Origin: Candidatus Bathyarchaeota archaeon
GTDB lineage: Archaea > Thermoproteota > Bathyarchaeia > Bathyarchaeales > Bathycorpusculaceae
DNA: 64,000 bases
Direction: 5' to 3'
NCBI GenBank assembly: GCA_963826715.1
Contig: CAWGYA010000002.1
Span: forward strand, 384,001-448,000
This document shows, one piece after another, positions 1-10,100 of the stretch (its first letter is position 1; each line of letters starts with the position of its first letter). The notes under the pieces were generated by a model. It was not told the origin of the DNA. It saw nothing but the letters and a program-made list of their open reading frames with translations, and searched no databases. Made by a program: the position numbers and the translations under genes.

Positions 1-8
1 GGCTACTA

Positions 9-1100
9 ATGGAGTTCTTTGGGTTTGTCCTACGGTGCCCCGAAGGGATGGCACAACGGGTCATTTTAACAGGGGATGTTGGAACAGGGAAAACTGCTTT
101 AGCGCAAAATTTCGGCACAACTCTAACCTCTGAAGCTAACAAACGGGGCTTAAAATTCCGTTACGTTCATATTAACTGCCGAGAGTTCCGCGGAAGCCTC
201 CAGCCGATTTTGCACCGAGTAGTCACGGTTTTCCGACCCAACTACCCAGCAAGGGGATATAGCGCAGAAGAAATCCTCACAACACTAATGCAAGTTCTTG
301 ATGAAGAAGAAGTTACTCTAATACTGGCTCTTGATGAGTTCGACAGCCTTATCGAAAAAGAAGGCTCTGACGCGGTCTACAAACTTACCCGCCTTTCAGA
401 GATGCGCCAAGGCAAACCTCAAAGACTTTCATTCATATTCATCATGCGCAACCTCGAAGCCACCGAAAAACTGGACGATAGCACAAGAAGTACCCTACAA
501 CGTAGCATAATAAGCCTGCAGCGCTATGGAAAAAACCAGCTAGTTGATATCCTAATTGACCGCGTCAAAATGGCATTTGAGTTGGGATCAGTGAGCGAAG
601 ACGTGGTTGACTTGATTGCAGAATTGGCGTTTTCAGAGACCGGAAATGCTCGGTTCGGAATCGAGTTGCTTTGGCGTGCAGGCAAATACGCGGATGCGAA
701 GGACTCGGAAGTTGTTGAGCCTGAGTGTGTTCGATTGGCTGTTTCCAGCATAGTCCCGAGCTTGCGGCGTAGCGAACTGATGTCCTTGGGTCTCCATGAA
801 CAACTATTTTTGCTTGCGGTAGCAAGGTACTTTAAGGAAAACGAAGAGGTTTACGCCTCACTCTCAGAATTGGAAAAGGCTTATGCGATTATTTGTGAAG
901 AATACGACGAGACGCCGAATAACCATACCCAAATCTACAACTACAGCATCTATCTCAAAAAGCTGGGGGTACTCAAAACAGAAGTTGAATCGGTTGAGAC
1001 CCGAGGACGCACCACGAAGGTTTCGCTGCCCACAATTCCGGCTGAGGAATTAGAAAAGCAGATGGTCGCCATCATAGAAGTATCGCGGAGAGATGCATAA
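9..1100 (+). CDS. cdc6: Orc1/Cdc6 replication initiator (5' end probably outside the window)
   Basis: Walker A GDVGTGKT, YVHINC, Walker B LALDEFD, GNAR sensor, C-terminal winged helix with RGRT wing. Confidence 0.92.
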   Translation: MEFFGFVLRCPEGMAQRVILTGDVGTGKTALAQNFGTTLTSEANKRGLKFRYVHINCREFRGSLQPILHRVVTVFRPNYPARGYSAEEILTTLMQVLDEEEVTLILALDEFDSLIEKEGSDAVYKLTRLSEMRQGKPQRLSFIFIMRNLEATEKLDDSTRSTLQRSIISLQRYGKNQLVDILIDRVKMAFELGSVSEDVVDLIAELAFSETGNARFGIELLWRAGKYADAKDSEVVEPECVRLAVSSIVPSLRRSELMSLGLHEQLFLLAVARYFKENEEVYASLSELEKAYAIICEEYDETPNNHTQIYNYSIYLKKLGVLKTEVESVETRGRTTKVSLPTIPAEELEKQMVAIIEVSRRDA

Positions 1101-1370
1101 GTGGAAATTGAAGAGGTTTTCTCTTCTAAACCTCGCATGAAGATTCTAAAACTCATTTACACATTGGGGCAACTGAATGTTTCCGATGTGGCGCGCCGCA
1201 TAAAAATGAACTATTCCGCAACTGCGAAGCACCTTAAACTATTGGAGACTGAAGGCATTTTGGAACCTCGCGTATATGGTCGCGTGCATATGTACCGTTT
1301 CAGCGAATCCACAAAGGCAAAAGCGGTTGCATCTTTGATTGAAACATGGGAGCAGCATACGGACGAATGA
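1101..1370 (+). CDS. ArsR-like winged-helix transcriptional regulator
   Basis: FSSKPRMKILKL..LNVSDVARRI..HLKLLETEGIL pattern; GTG start directly after the cdc6 stop. Confidence 0.8.
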   Translation: MEIEEVFSSKPRMKILKLIYTLGQLNVSDVARRIKMNYSATAKHLKLLETEGILEPRVYGRVHMYRFSESTKAKAVASLIETWEQHTDE

Positions 1371-1414
1371 ATTTTGAGCGATACCTTACTGCTCACCAAT
1401 ATGGAACAAGAAAT

Positions 1415-2041
1415 TTAGTCGCTTTCTTCTTTTACTTTAGGTTGAGTTTCTTCCTGCTTTAATTCTTCCATTTCTGCTGTTTTCTGTTTCTCAACAAACA
1501 ATAGCAACTCGATGAGTTTTTTCTCGTCCACTTCAGCTCGCGTACGCCAATCCAGAAATAGCATACCAGGCTCATCCTGAGTAAGATAGCCACTCCGTAT
1601 ATAGCGTTCGAGGTTTAAGCTGACTTTCCAGTTTGGGATTTTCTCACTCAACATAACTTCAACGTCTTTGCGGAGAGCCTGACCTTTTTTGCTGATTATA
1701 TAGCTAATTGTTATTGCTAATCCTGCAAGGTCGTCGACCCGCCAACCCATCAGTTTATCTTTGGAGGCCACATCACGCAGCGCTATAAAGAACCGTGCCC
1801 TATCCAATTCGTTGAGGCTGGGTTTATCAGGAATTTTTTCTTCTTCAAAAACAGTCTTAACTTGGAGATCTAATGGCGCCAAATATTCCTCCAAGACATC
1901 CAGCACCTTGGGGTAGTCAGAGCCCAAGGCATTATGGAGTTCCCAGCCTTTCACACCGGGTTTAGAGTGGCGTTTATAGAAAAGCATTTGAGTTGCTTTC
2001 TTGATTTTGGTTGCATAAATACCTTTTTTTCTTGCACTCAT
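1415..2041 (-). CDS. KITE-like tandem winged-helix protein (ScpB/Nse1/Nse3-like), putative SMC partner
   Basis: Third gene of a coupled SMC operon (ATGA overlap at 2038-2041); C-terminal YIRSGYL...LDWRTRAEVD resembles the second winged helix of Nse1/Nse3. Confidence 0.55.
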   Translation of the reverse strand: MSARKKGIYATKIKKATQMLFYKRHSKPGVKGWELHNALGSDYPKVLDVLEEYLAPLDLQVKTVFEEEKIPDKPSLNELDRARFFIALRDVASKDKLMGWRVDDLAGLAITISYIISKKGQALRKDVEVMLSEKIPNWKVSLNLERYIRSGYLTQDEPGMLFLDWRTRAEVDEKKLIELLLFVEKQKTAEMEELKQEETQPKVKEESD

Positions 2042-2865
2042 TGCTTTTTGCCTTCTTTCCATTTTTTCCAATCTTCAACTGAAACAGAAATTGGGACCGA
2101 TGTTGACTGTAAAGTTAATGCTGCTTCGCGGGGTTTGTTGTAGGGTATTATGTGGATAATTTCTTCAAGGCGGTCGATTTCGAGCGTTGCATACCCATAT
2201 GTGACCAGAAATGCTGTCAGAAAGGCGCGCTGGACGGTCTCCTCGTAGGTATCGGCGCTGATGAAATCCCAATACTCAATTTTGCCTTCACTGCCCCTCT
2301 CAGCAACTTTGGTTTTGAGTTCACGCCAATAGCATTCGAGATCCTCACCGAATTCCCGCTCGCCTAGCACCCGTTGCTTAACCATTTCATCGCGGCTAAC
2401 ACTACCCATCTCTACCGCGTTCACGTTAATACTCGCCCAACGATCTCGCAATTGAGCCAGCGCTTTCCAATATATTAACCCTTGTGAGATATTGTGGAGA
2501 GTAAGCTGCTCGGATTCAACCAGCGGTGACCAAGTAGAAAGAAATATTTTAACCATATCTTCTTTGTTGATTTGGCGGATTTTCTCTTCCAGTAGAAATG
2601 GATCGGTATATAGTGATGATGAGCGTTGTTTTACCCATTCGCTCTGGAGTTTGATTACAGACGCGAGATGGTGAAGCGCTTCAGCATCGAGCCGAAGTTC
2701 GTCGGGATGCTGCCAATGAGGAAAATATTCACGAACTACTTGGATTATATCTTCTACCTGTAAGGTGAAGGGGTCAACTTGACGGTTTTCAATTGCAACG
2801 CACATTTCGATGATACGTTCTAGGCGTTCTTTACCTATTTTTTTATGGTGTATTTCCGTTGGCAT
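2038..2865 (-). CDS. Kleisin-like (ScpA-like) SMC partner
   Basis: N-terminal VDPFTLQVEDII resembles ScpA IDPWDIDI; C-terminal FLTAFLVTYGYATL winged-helix cap; TAATG overlap with the SMC gene. Confidence 0.6.
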   Translation of the reverse strand: MPTEIHHKKIGKERLERIIEMCVAIENRQVDPFTLQVEDIIQVVREYFPHWQHPDELRLDAEALHHLASVIKLQSEWVKQRSSSLYTDPFLLEEKIRQINKEDMVKIFLSTWSPLVESEQLTLHNISQGLIYWKALAQLRDRWASINVNAVEMGSVSRDEMVKQRVLGEREFGEDLECYWRELKTKVAERGSEGKIEYWDFISADTYEETVQRAFLTAFLVTYGYATLEIDRLEEIIHIIPYNKPREAALTLQSTSVPISVSVEDWKKWKEGKKQ

Positions 2866-4781
2866 TAGGCGACTTCACGCACCAAACTTTTTCCCTCCAA
2901 ATTCTGCACTGTAATGACGTTAGCGTCATGTTGGGCGAAAGTAATTTGACTTGGAGTGATCACTACATACTGTGCTGAAGCATCTTTTATCATGGAGACA
3001 AGAACTTTGGCTATCATTTCGCGGTTTTTAGGGTCCATGTGGATGTCATATTCGTCTACTGCTCTGAATGGTGAGCGAACGTGCTGCTGTAAAGCCAACA
3101 AAAAGCCCATTGTCGCAGTTGTGCGTTCGCCACCGCTCTGCGTGTATGCGTCAAGAGCAACCGGCTTACTGCCTTTAAAGCCCACATAGATATCGAGACC
3201 TGAGGTTTCGATATCCTGAGAGTTAGAAAGCGTCACTTCGCCTGTCGCCAAGGTTTGGTTCATAATTCGCTGGTACTCGATGTTCACACGGAACAACAAT
3301 TGCTCAATAACGGTTCGCCAAGCAGCCATACGAGTTTTCACTTCCTCCAGGGTCTTCTCTCGGTTGTCGGCCACGAGCTGCACCTTTTCCTTGAGCTCGA
3401 GGTAGAGCTTTGAGTATGATTCGTATTGCCGTTCAATTTCCTCCGAAACGCTCGACAAAGCAGCTAAATGTCCGTTAGTTTGCCCCATTTCCTCTTGAAT
3501 TTCACATGCACTTTTGAGCACAGCAATGCGTTCGCCAGTCTCTTGAGCTTTGATAATCGCAGTATTGAGATTCTCTTTGGCTTCCTTTAGAGTTTTCTCT
3601 AATATTTTCTTCTCGTTTAATGCACGGTCACGCTTAAAATCCAGCAGTGCAAAGCTGACGCGTTTATCGAGCAATATAGAAGAGATTTTGTCGGTGGATT
3701 CCTCAAGAGTGAGTTGTTCTTTTTGATTTAAGTTGATTTTTTGGGCAATTTTTTGAATTTGGTCCTGGGAGACATTTAACATCTCTCTAAGGGTTTCTGT
3801 GCGCAGTAACTTAAACTGGATTTTGTTTGAAAAAGATTCAAGAAGCTTCGCCTCGCCGAGTAATTGTTCAATAAGTGAAAGAGAGGATTGGTTCTGGGCA
3901 ATTTTTCGCTCTAAATCTAGGCGTTCATCAAAAACCGCTTTAGTTTGTGTTTTAAGGGTCTGCTGCAGACTCGCCTGAGTATCCAAATCGCCTATTAAAG
4001 ATTGGCGTTCATTCTCGATTTTATCAAGCCCCTGCTGGCTCTTGTAAAAAGTCGACTGTAACCCCTTCACAATGCCCTCTCGGCGTTCCACCTCCGCCCA
4101 AATCAGTTCCCGATCCAAAAACTGCCTCTTCATTTGAAGTTGCTTTTTCTCCTGGAACTTCTCATACTGCTCTCGCCAATAATTGAGGGTTTGTTCCGCT
4201 TGTTCAAGGAGTTTGCCAACGGATTCCTCTTGGCTTAATATGCGGGTTAGCTTGGTTTTAGCTTGCAAGACATTAATGCGAAAAGGTTCCAGCCCCACCG
4301 CATCTTCGACCATACGGAGCTTGTCGATGTTACTTAGAACGCTAAACTGTTCAACCATGTTTTGGTGCATTATGATTAGCATATTGTCTGGGTCAACGCC
4401 AAATTTTCCAAGTAACCTTTCTACTTCCAGTTTACTGGCAGCACGGTTTTCAAGTTCAAACCAGTATTTACCGTCCCGACGCAGAACCCTTGTCAGAAAG
4501 AGCTGATCTTTTTGATATTTTGGTTCGGGCCGACGGTTACCCATTTTAGTATTATCCAAAATTAAAGTGACGCGGGCTTGGTCTTGTCCCCAGCGGATTA
4601 AGTCACTGAGTTTCCGTGATCGCTCAGTGTAGGTTTGGCCCAGTCCTACTGAGATAGCAAGGAGTAGTGAAGATTTGCCTGCACCGTTGGGTCCTCCAAT
4701 TATGTTAACACCCTGTTTGAAGGGAACGCGGGCGTATTCGTAGCTCATAAAGTTTTCAACGATAAGTTCACGGATAAGCAT
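2865..4781 (-). CDS. Short SMC-superfamily ATPase with Smc5/6-like head
   Basis: VENFMSY, Walker A GPNGAGKS, long coiled coil, signature QSGGE, Walker B SPFRAVDEYDIHMD; 638 aa; no CxxC zinc hook. Confidence 0.88.
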   Translation of the reverse strand: MLIRELIVENFMSYEYARVPFKQGVNIIGGPNGAGKSSLLLAISVGLGQTYTERSRKLSDLIRWGQDQARVTLILDNTKMGNRRPEPKYQKDQLFLTRVLRRDGKYWFELENRAASKLEVERLLGKFGVDPDNMLIIMHQNMVEQFSVLSNIDKLRMVEDAVGLEPFRINVLQAKTKLTRILSQEESVGKLLEQAEQTLNYWREQYEKFQEKKQLQMKRQFLDRELIWAEVERREGIVKGLQSTFYKSQQGLDKIENERQSLIGDLDTQASLQQTLKTQTKAVFDERLDLERKIAQNQSSLSLIEQLLGEAKLLESFSNKIQFKLLRTETLREMLNVSQDQIQKIAQKINLNQKEQLTLEESTDKISSILLDKRVSFALLDFKRDRALNEKKILEKTLKEAKENLNTAIIKAQETGERIAVLKSACEIQEEMGQTNGHLAALSSVSEEIERQYESYSKLYLELKEKVQLVADNREKTLEEVKTRMAAWRTVIEQLLFRVNIEYQRIMNQTLATGEVTLSNSQDIETSGLDIYVGFKGSKPVALDAYTQSGGERTTATMGFLLALQQHVRSPFRAVDEYDIHMDPKNREMIAKVLVSMIKDASAQYVVITPSQITFAQHDANVITVQNLEGKSLVREVA

Positions 4782-5034
4782 GATTTACTACTTTGCCTCT
4801 ATACAGTAGAAAATAGTAGTGGATGAATCTCTTATTTAACTAAATTGGCATGTTTTTGATCAATTTAGTAGGTAATTCCAAAACAGCACATAACCTTCGT
4901 TTTAAGTAAACTTGATTAATAGTTTAACAACTTTGATGGCAAAAGAAATTAGCACTCGTACTTGACCATAATAAAAAGTAGAAGATAGACGCTTTTCAAA
5001 ACCGTAAACGCTAAACTATCTGATACATTTTCGA

Positions 5035-5823
5035 TTACTTTTCTCTCTTAAAAGAGCCTTGCCCGCCACTCTTAGTTATGTTACCAATTACAGTTTCGCT
5101 TACTTTGTCAAGAACCTCTTCAGCCCGTTTCCAACTATCAGCTGAAACCTCCAAACTATATTTTGGCGCTGCTATAACGGCAAACTCAACTTTAGCATCC
5201 TTAGCCTTCTGAGACGATTTTGCGTTGCTGAAAGCTTCTTTTATACATTTTACACCGTTCGGTTTCATACATCGAACTTCAAGGATACCCCGAACTTGCA
5301 CCAATTTGATTTTTATACGTTCTTCGGCAACCTGAGCGATGGCAGTAGCCATATCTTCGGGTATACCAATTTTTGTGAGGAATTCAGAACCTTCTTTAAC
5401 GGCTTTCTCGAAGCCCTCATATAAACCAAATTTTTCTTCGAGTGGGGCACCTGCGGTCTGGTAGACTTGCTCTATGGGTAAACCGACTTTTTCGGCCACT
5501 GCATTCAGCATTGCATCGGCTTTGCGTTCTTTTTTCCACGATTTGATTTTTTCGATGCGTTCACGTTTAGTTACACGCCTTAGCGATAAGTCTATGTGTC
5601 CTTTGTCCATGTCTATTCGGACGACTTTTAAGACTAATTTCTGGTTTTCTCTGACAAAATCACGAACATTTCGTATGCGGGCACTAGCGATTTCAGAGAT
5701 GTGAAGAAACCCTCTGCGATGATACTCGTCAAGGTTTGCGTAGGCACCATAATCCATGACGCTCTCGATGGTAGCAATGACGAGGTCACCTGACTCGGGC
5801 CATTGATTTTTATGTTCAGACAT
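5035..5823 (-). CDS. eif2a: Translation initiation factor 2 alpha subunit (aIF-2alpha)
   Basis: S1 domain WPESGDLVIAT..YGAY..GFLHISEI, KGHIDLSLRRV, APKY. Confidence 0.95.
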   Translation of the reverse strand: MSEHKNQWPESGDLVIATIESVMDYGAYANLDEYHRRGFLHISEIASARIRNVRDFVRENQKLVLKVVRIDMDKGHIDLSLRRVTKRERIEKIKSWKKERKADAMLNAVAEKVGLPIEQVYQTAGAPLEEKFGLYEGFEKAVKEGSEFLTKIGIPEDMATAIAQVAEERIKIKLVQVRGILEVRCMKPNGVKCIKEAFSNAKSSQKAKDAKVEFAVIAAPKYSLEVSADSWKRAEEVLDKVSETVIGNITKSGGQGSFKREK

Positions 5824-6028
5824 TTTAGCTTATCTCGTTTTGTGATCTTTTCTTTTAAGAGACCTAAGGATTTCCTTAATGAAGCTTTTCCGTAAAGATA
5901 AGGTTTTCCACTATAATGAACAAATGTATCGTTTCCAAAAACAAAAATATAAAAGCGGTCATTGAAAAAGAGCAAAAAAACCGAAAAATAACTAAAACCA
6001 TTTTTATTAGTACAACATATCTATTCAT

Positions 6029-6277
6029 ATGAAATTTGCAGAAATAGCGATTTTGCTCAGGGAAATCGTGGACCGATGCCCAGGGCTAGATGGAAGCACA
6101 ATTACTTTGATTCCTCAAAAAGCAATTCACCCTCATTATCAGGGATACCATGTTAACATTAAAGCTAACTTCTCCAAAGAAACAATTGGTGGACTACGTA
6201 AAATCGTAGAGGGGCACGACTTGCTTATGCAAATAAAAAGCGATGCCATTATCGTCTATGAAAGCCGACCCACATAA
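6029..6277 (+). CDS. Hypothetical protein
   Basis: 82-aa ATG ORF filling the gap, preceded by an AT-rich promoter-like sequence. Confidence 0.55.
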   Translation: MKFAEIAILLREIVDRCPGLDGSTITLIPQKAIHPHYQGYHVNIKANFSKETIGGLRKIVEGHDLLMQIKSDAIIVYESRPT

Positions 6278-6426
6278 ATCGACTTTCCTTGCTTAAACTT
6301 CTTGACTTTGCAGAATACACTCTTAGTCAAACTGCAAAAATCTAAACTAAGCTACGTTAGATTTAACTTTACCTTATGTAGCCAGCAACGTTTCATCGCC
6401 TAGCCAACCGACTCAGCGGCATAGGC

Positions 6427-6864
6427 TTAGGTGATGCTTACGTTCTGAATGTCAAAGTATCGTTTTGCCAAAAATCGCAAGCGTTCTGCGTTCTTTCCAT
6501 TTTTACCTATTGCGACGCCCTTATCTTTAGGGTTCACGGTTATGACTGCCATTTTTTTGCCGTCTGTACGTTCAGTGACTCGGATTTCTCGAACGGCAGC
6601 AGGTTTAAGGGCGTTTTTCATGAAAGTTACGGGATCTTCGCTGTACTCAATAATTTCGTGTTTTTTGCCGGTCATGCGTTCAAGCGTATGGATGTTGCGT
6701 CCGCCTTTGCCGATAGCAACACCTACTTGACCTTGGTTAACGATGAATATGGCGCGTTCCTGTTCTTCGTCGATTATGCAGTCTTTCACGCTGGCGCCGC
6801 TTATGCTTTCAAAGAGGGCAATATAGCGCATTTCGTCGCAGGTGATTTTTATGCCAGTTGTCAG
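6427..6864 (-). CDS. nusA: Archaeal NusA (KH domains); probable CTG start at 6864
   Basis: Two GxAIGKxG KH motifs; follows rpl30e; in-frame extension TTGIKITCDE-MRYIALF with GGAGG 7 nt before the CTG. Confidence 0.93.
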   Translation of the reverse strand: MTTGIKITCDEMRYIALFESISGASVKDCIIDEEQERAIFIVNQGQVGVAIGKGGRNIHTLERMTGKKHEIIEYSEDPVTFMKNALKPAAVREIRVTERTDGKKMAVITVNPKDKGVAIGKNGKNAERLRFLAKRYFDIQNVSIT

Positions 6865-6886
6865 TTTTTTTCCTCCATTTAATTTT

Positions 6887-7189
6887 TTATTGTTCGGTTA
6901 CCTTAAGAATTTCTGAGTCCCCAGCTTCGCGGATGCTCATGGCTGAAATAATAAACAATTTACTGCAAACTTCAGCTAGATCCATTGAGCCACCTTTGTA
7001 TGTAATCACGGGGATTTTAGAGATTTCTCCACAGTATTCAATTTGTTCTTTTATGTCTTTTGGACAGTTTGCGGCTAAAACAATCATTTTAGCTTTGCCT
7101 GTTTTGGCGTTTTGCAATGCAACATTGGATCCGAAGGATACCTTGCCTGTTTTCACTGCGGACGCTAATGCTTTATCTATGTCTATCAT
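6887..7189 (-). CDS. rpl30e: 50S ribosomal protein L30e
   Basis: AVKTGKVSFG..AKMIVLAANCP..GDSEIL; canonical position after rpoA. Confidence 0.95.
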   Translation of the reverse strand: MIDIDKALASAVKTGKVSFGSNVALQNAKTGKAKMIVLAANCPKDIKEQIEYCGEISKIPVITYKGGSMDLAEVCSKLFIISAMSIREAGDSEILKVTEQ

Positions 7190-10100
7190 TGTTCTGTTTT
7201 TCCTCCATCTTTACTTTGACGTTCGAAAGTTGACATATACAATTCAACTAAGCCTGTGCCGATTGGTATAGATTGCCCTACTATAACGTTTTCTGTTACT
7301 CCAGCCAAAGGATCACTTTCACCTTTAACTGCTGCTTCAACAATGTTCGGAACGGTGATTTCGAAGGCGGCGCGCGCGAGCACGCTGGCTTTTTTGCCGC
7401 TGATACCGTGTCTGCCGATTTGTTGTACATCACCGGTGGTAGTCATCATGTCTGCGACGAGCATAACGTGCCGTACGTCAACGTCTAAGCCCTGGTCTTC
7501 GAGAACGCCTTTGGCTTCATTCACCAATGCATTTCTTGAAGCTTCAACGCCTAAAGTTTTGGCGATTTCGTGGATGTTATTGGTGGTTGTTCGTGATGTG
7601 TCGACGCCTTCAACTTCCAGCACCTTTGCCAAGTTTGAGCCATCAGTCCGAATGACCCATTCGCCGCTTTCTTCTGTGACTAGGACACGTTTAATGTCAG
7701 GAACGCCCTTCACTTGGAACCCTGGAATCTTTGTGAGCATTCGTTTTATTTGTTCAGCTTTCTTTGGTTTAATTTCTACAGTGAGGTCGGTAATTGTGAC
7801 GGTTGCGTTCTGTAATTCCAATCGTTCCTTGAGTTCTTCCATGCTAATATTACGGTCATCCATCATTTGTTGGTTCAGTTCGATGATGATTTCTTCTCGA
7901 ACTGGGTCCTCGTAGATGGTAGATGCAAGATTCTCGACTGATGTATAGATGATATGGCGTGCAACTTCAACAGCGGCTTCTTTGCTTTTTGCATGTTCAC
8001 CTGTTAAGTAGATAGTCATAATGGGTGTTGAGGGTATTCTGCGGGCATCCACGATTTCGATTAGACGAGGCAAACCCAAGGTTACGTTTTGTTCTTTGAC
8101 ACCTGCATAGTGGAAAGTTCTAAGGGTCATCTGTGTACCAGGTTCACCAATTGACTGTGCAGCAACAATACCGACTGCTTCCCCTGGTTCCATCAAAGCA
8201 CGCTTGTATTGTTCGGCGGTGACAGTGGCGGCTTTTGTAACGCCCTTCTCTGAAAGTTTGTTTTTAGCAAAGTTTTGTTTAAGCTGGTTTAGCAATATAG
8301 GTGTAATTTGGCCTTCAACACTTTTTAGTTGTTTCTTAATGTATTCGGATGATGCAACTTCGCCCTTTTCTTCGCCGAGCTTTACTTGATCAATGAGTCG
8401 ACTGACGTTAACAGCTTTGCCGTGGTCACTTTTTGCAGGGTCAACACCGTCTTCACCATATCGGAACTGGATGATATCACCCGCGCTATCGCGAACTGTA
8501 CTGTCATATTCAAGACGAATGTGCTCAAGTGCGTTGATAAGTCGACGCTGCATATAACCGCTTTGTTGTGTACGGACAGCTGTGTCGACAAGCCCTTCTC
8601 TGCCTCCCATAGCATGGAAGAAGAATTCAATCGCATCTAGGCCAGTTTGATAGCTGTTATAGACGAACCCTCTTGCCCGAGGACGAGGATCATTTGGTGT
8701 AAAATGCGGCAAAGCGCGATTGGCGTACCCTCTAAGGATACGTTTACCTCGGACTGATTGTTGTCCAACACAAGCGGCCATCTGACCGATGTTGAGGCTT
8801 GATCCTCTTGCACCTGTTCGAGTCATGACGATGCCAGCGTTTTCTAAAGTGAAGTCGTCGTCGGCTATTTTGCCTGATTCGTCTCTGGCTACGGCAAGTT
8901 CATGCATTACGTAGATTTCGAAAGATTCTTCAAGGGTTTGTCCGGGTAATCTGGGGAGGGTGCCATTGCGGTAGTTTTCGATGTGCTCATCGATTTTCTT
9001 TTGGATTCGCTCCATAGTTTTCGCCATGCGGTTTCGTGCACGAGGAGAGAGAACCAATTGCTCGTATGTATAGCTGAATCCACGCATGGATATGTAGAGT
9101 TTGAGGAGATGGGTAATGTTGTTTAGGAACTGGCGTCCAGCTTGGGTACCGTAGTCTTTGATTATTCTGTGAAGCAAACTTTCGGATTGCTCAGAGCCTA
9201 TACTTCGACGGTCGATAATTCCTGAGACGAGCTGACCGTTTTTGACAACTACGTATGCATCATGTTTGCATTCTTCTTCTTCGCATTTATTGCAACCTTG
9301 GCAAATGTTGGCTTTTAATACGTAATTGAGAGTTTTCGGCAGGAAAAGGCTGAAGATTTGTTTGCCTGACCACATAGGTTGGGGTTCTTTGATTTCTGGC
9401 TCGGGTAAATCTCCCGTGTAGTTTGTAGAGGTTAGAAGTCTATCAACTTGACCGCGGGGTAGGTAGCTGCCGGTTCTTGTGAAGTAATATGCCCCTGTAA
9501 TGAAATCCCTAATTGCGCCGATGATGGGTCCACCGAATCTTGGTGATAGAATTTGGTCCTGAACCTGCATGAGCAACAAAGATTCAGTTCGAGCTTCTTC
9601 GCTTTGGGGCACGTGAAGGTTCATTTCGTCGCCATCAAAGTCTGCGTTATAGGGTGGGCAGACACAAAGATGAAGCCTAAAGGTTTTGTAAGGCAATACA
9701 CGGACGTAATGTGCCATGATAGACATGCGGTGAAGTGATGGCTGCCGGTTAAAGATTGCTATATCACCATTTTTGAGGTGACGTTCAACAATAAAGCCGA
9801 GTTCAACTGCTTCAGCGATTTTTGTGCGGTCTACCACGAATTCAAGTCTAATGCGTTTGCCATCTGGGCGGATGATGTAGAGCGCACCAGGGTAGGTTTC
9901 AGGCCCATTAATGACGAGTTTCTTCATTTCCTCAAGGTTCCATGCAGTGATTTTTTCTGGAACACTGAGGCGCATTGCTATATCTCTTGGAACACCAACT
10001 TCGTTTATATCTAAATTGGGGTCGGGTGAAATAACTGTGCGGGCACTGAAGTCAACACGTTTCCCCGATAAGTTGCTTCGGAAACGACCTTCTTTGCCTT

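Noticed and set aside
1415-4781. Wadjet/MksBEFG anti-plasmid system
   Set aside because: No JetD/MksG Toprim nuclease, different gene order, much shorter SMC, and a core-genome location
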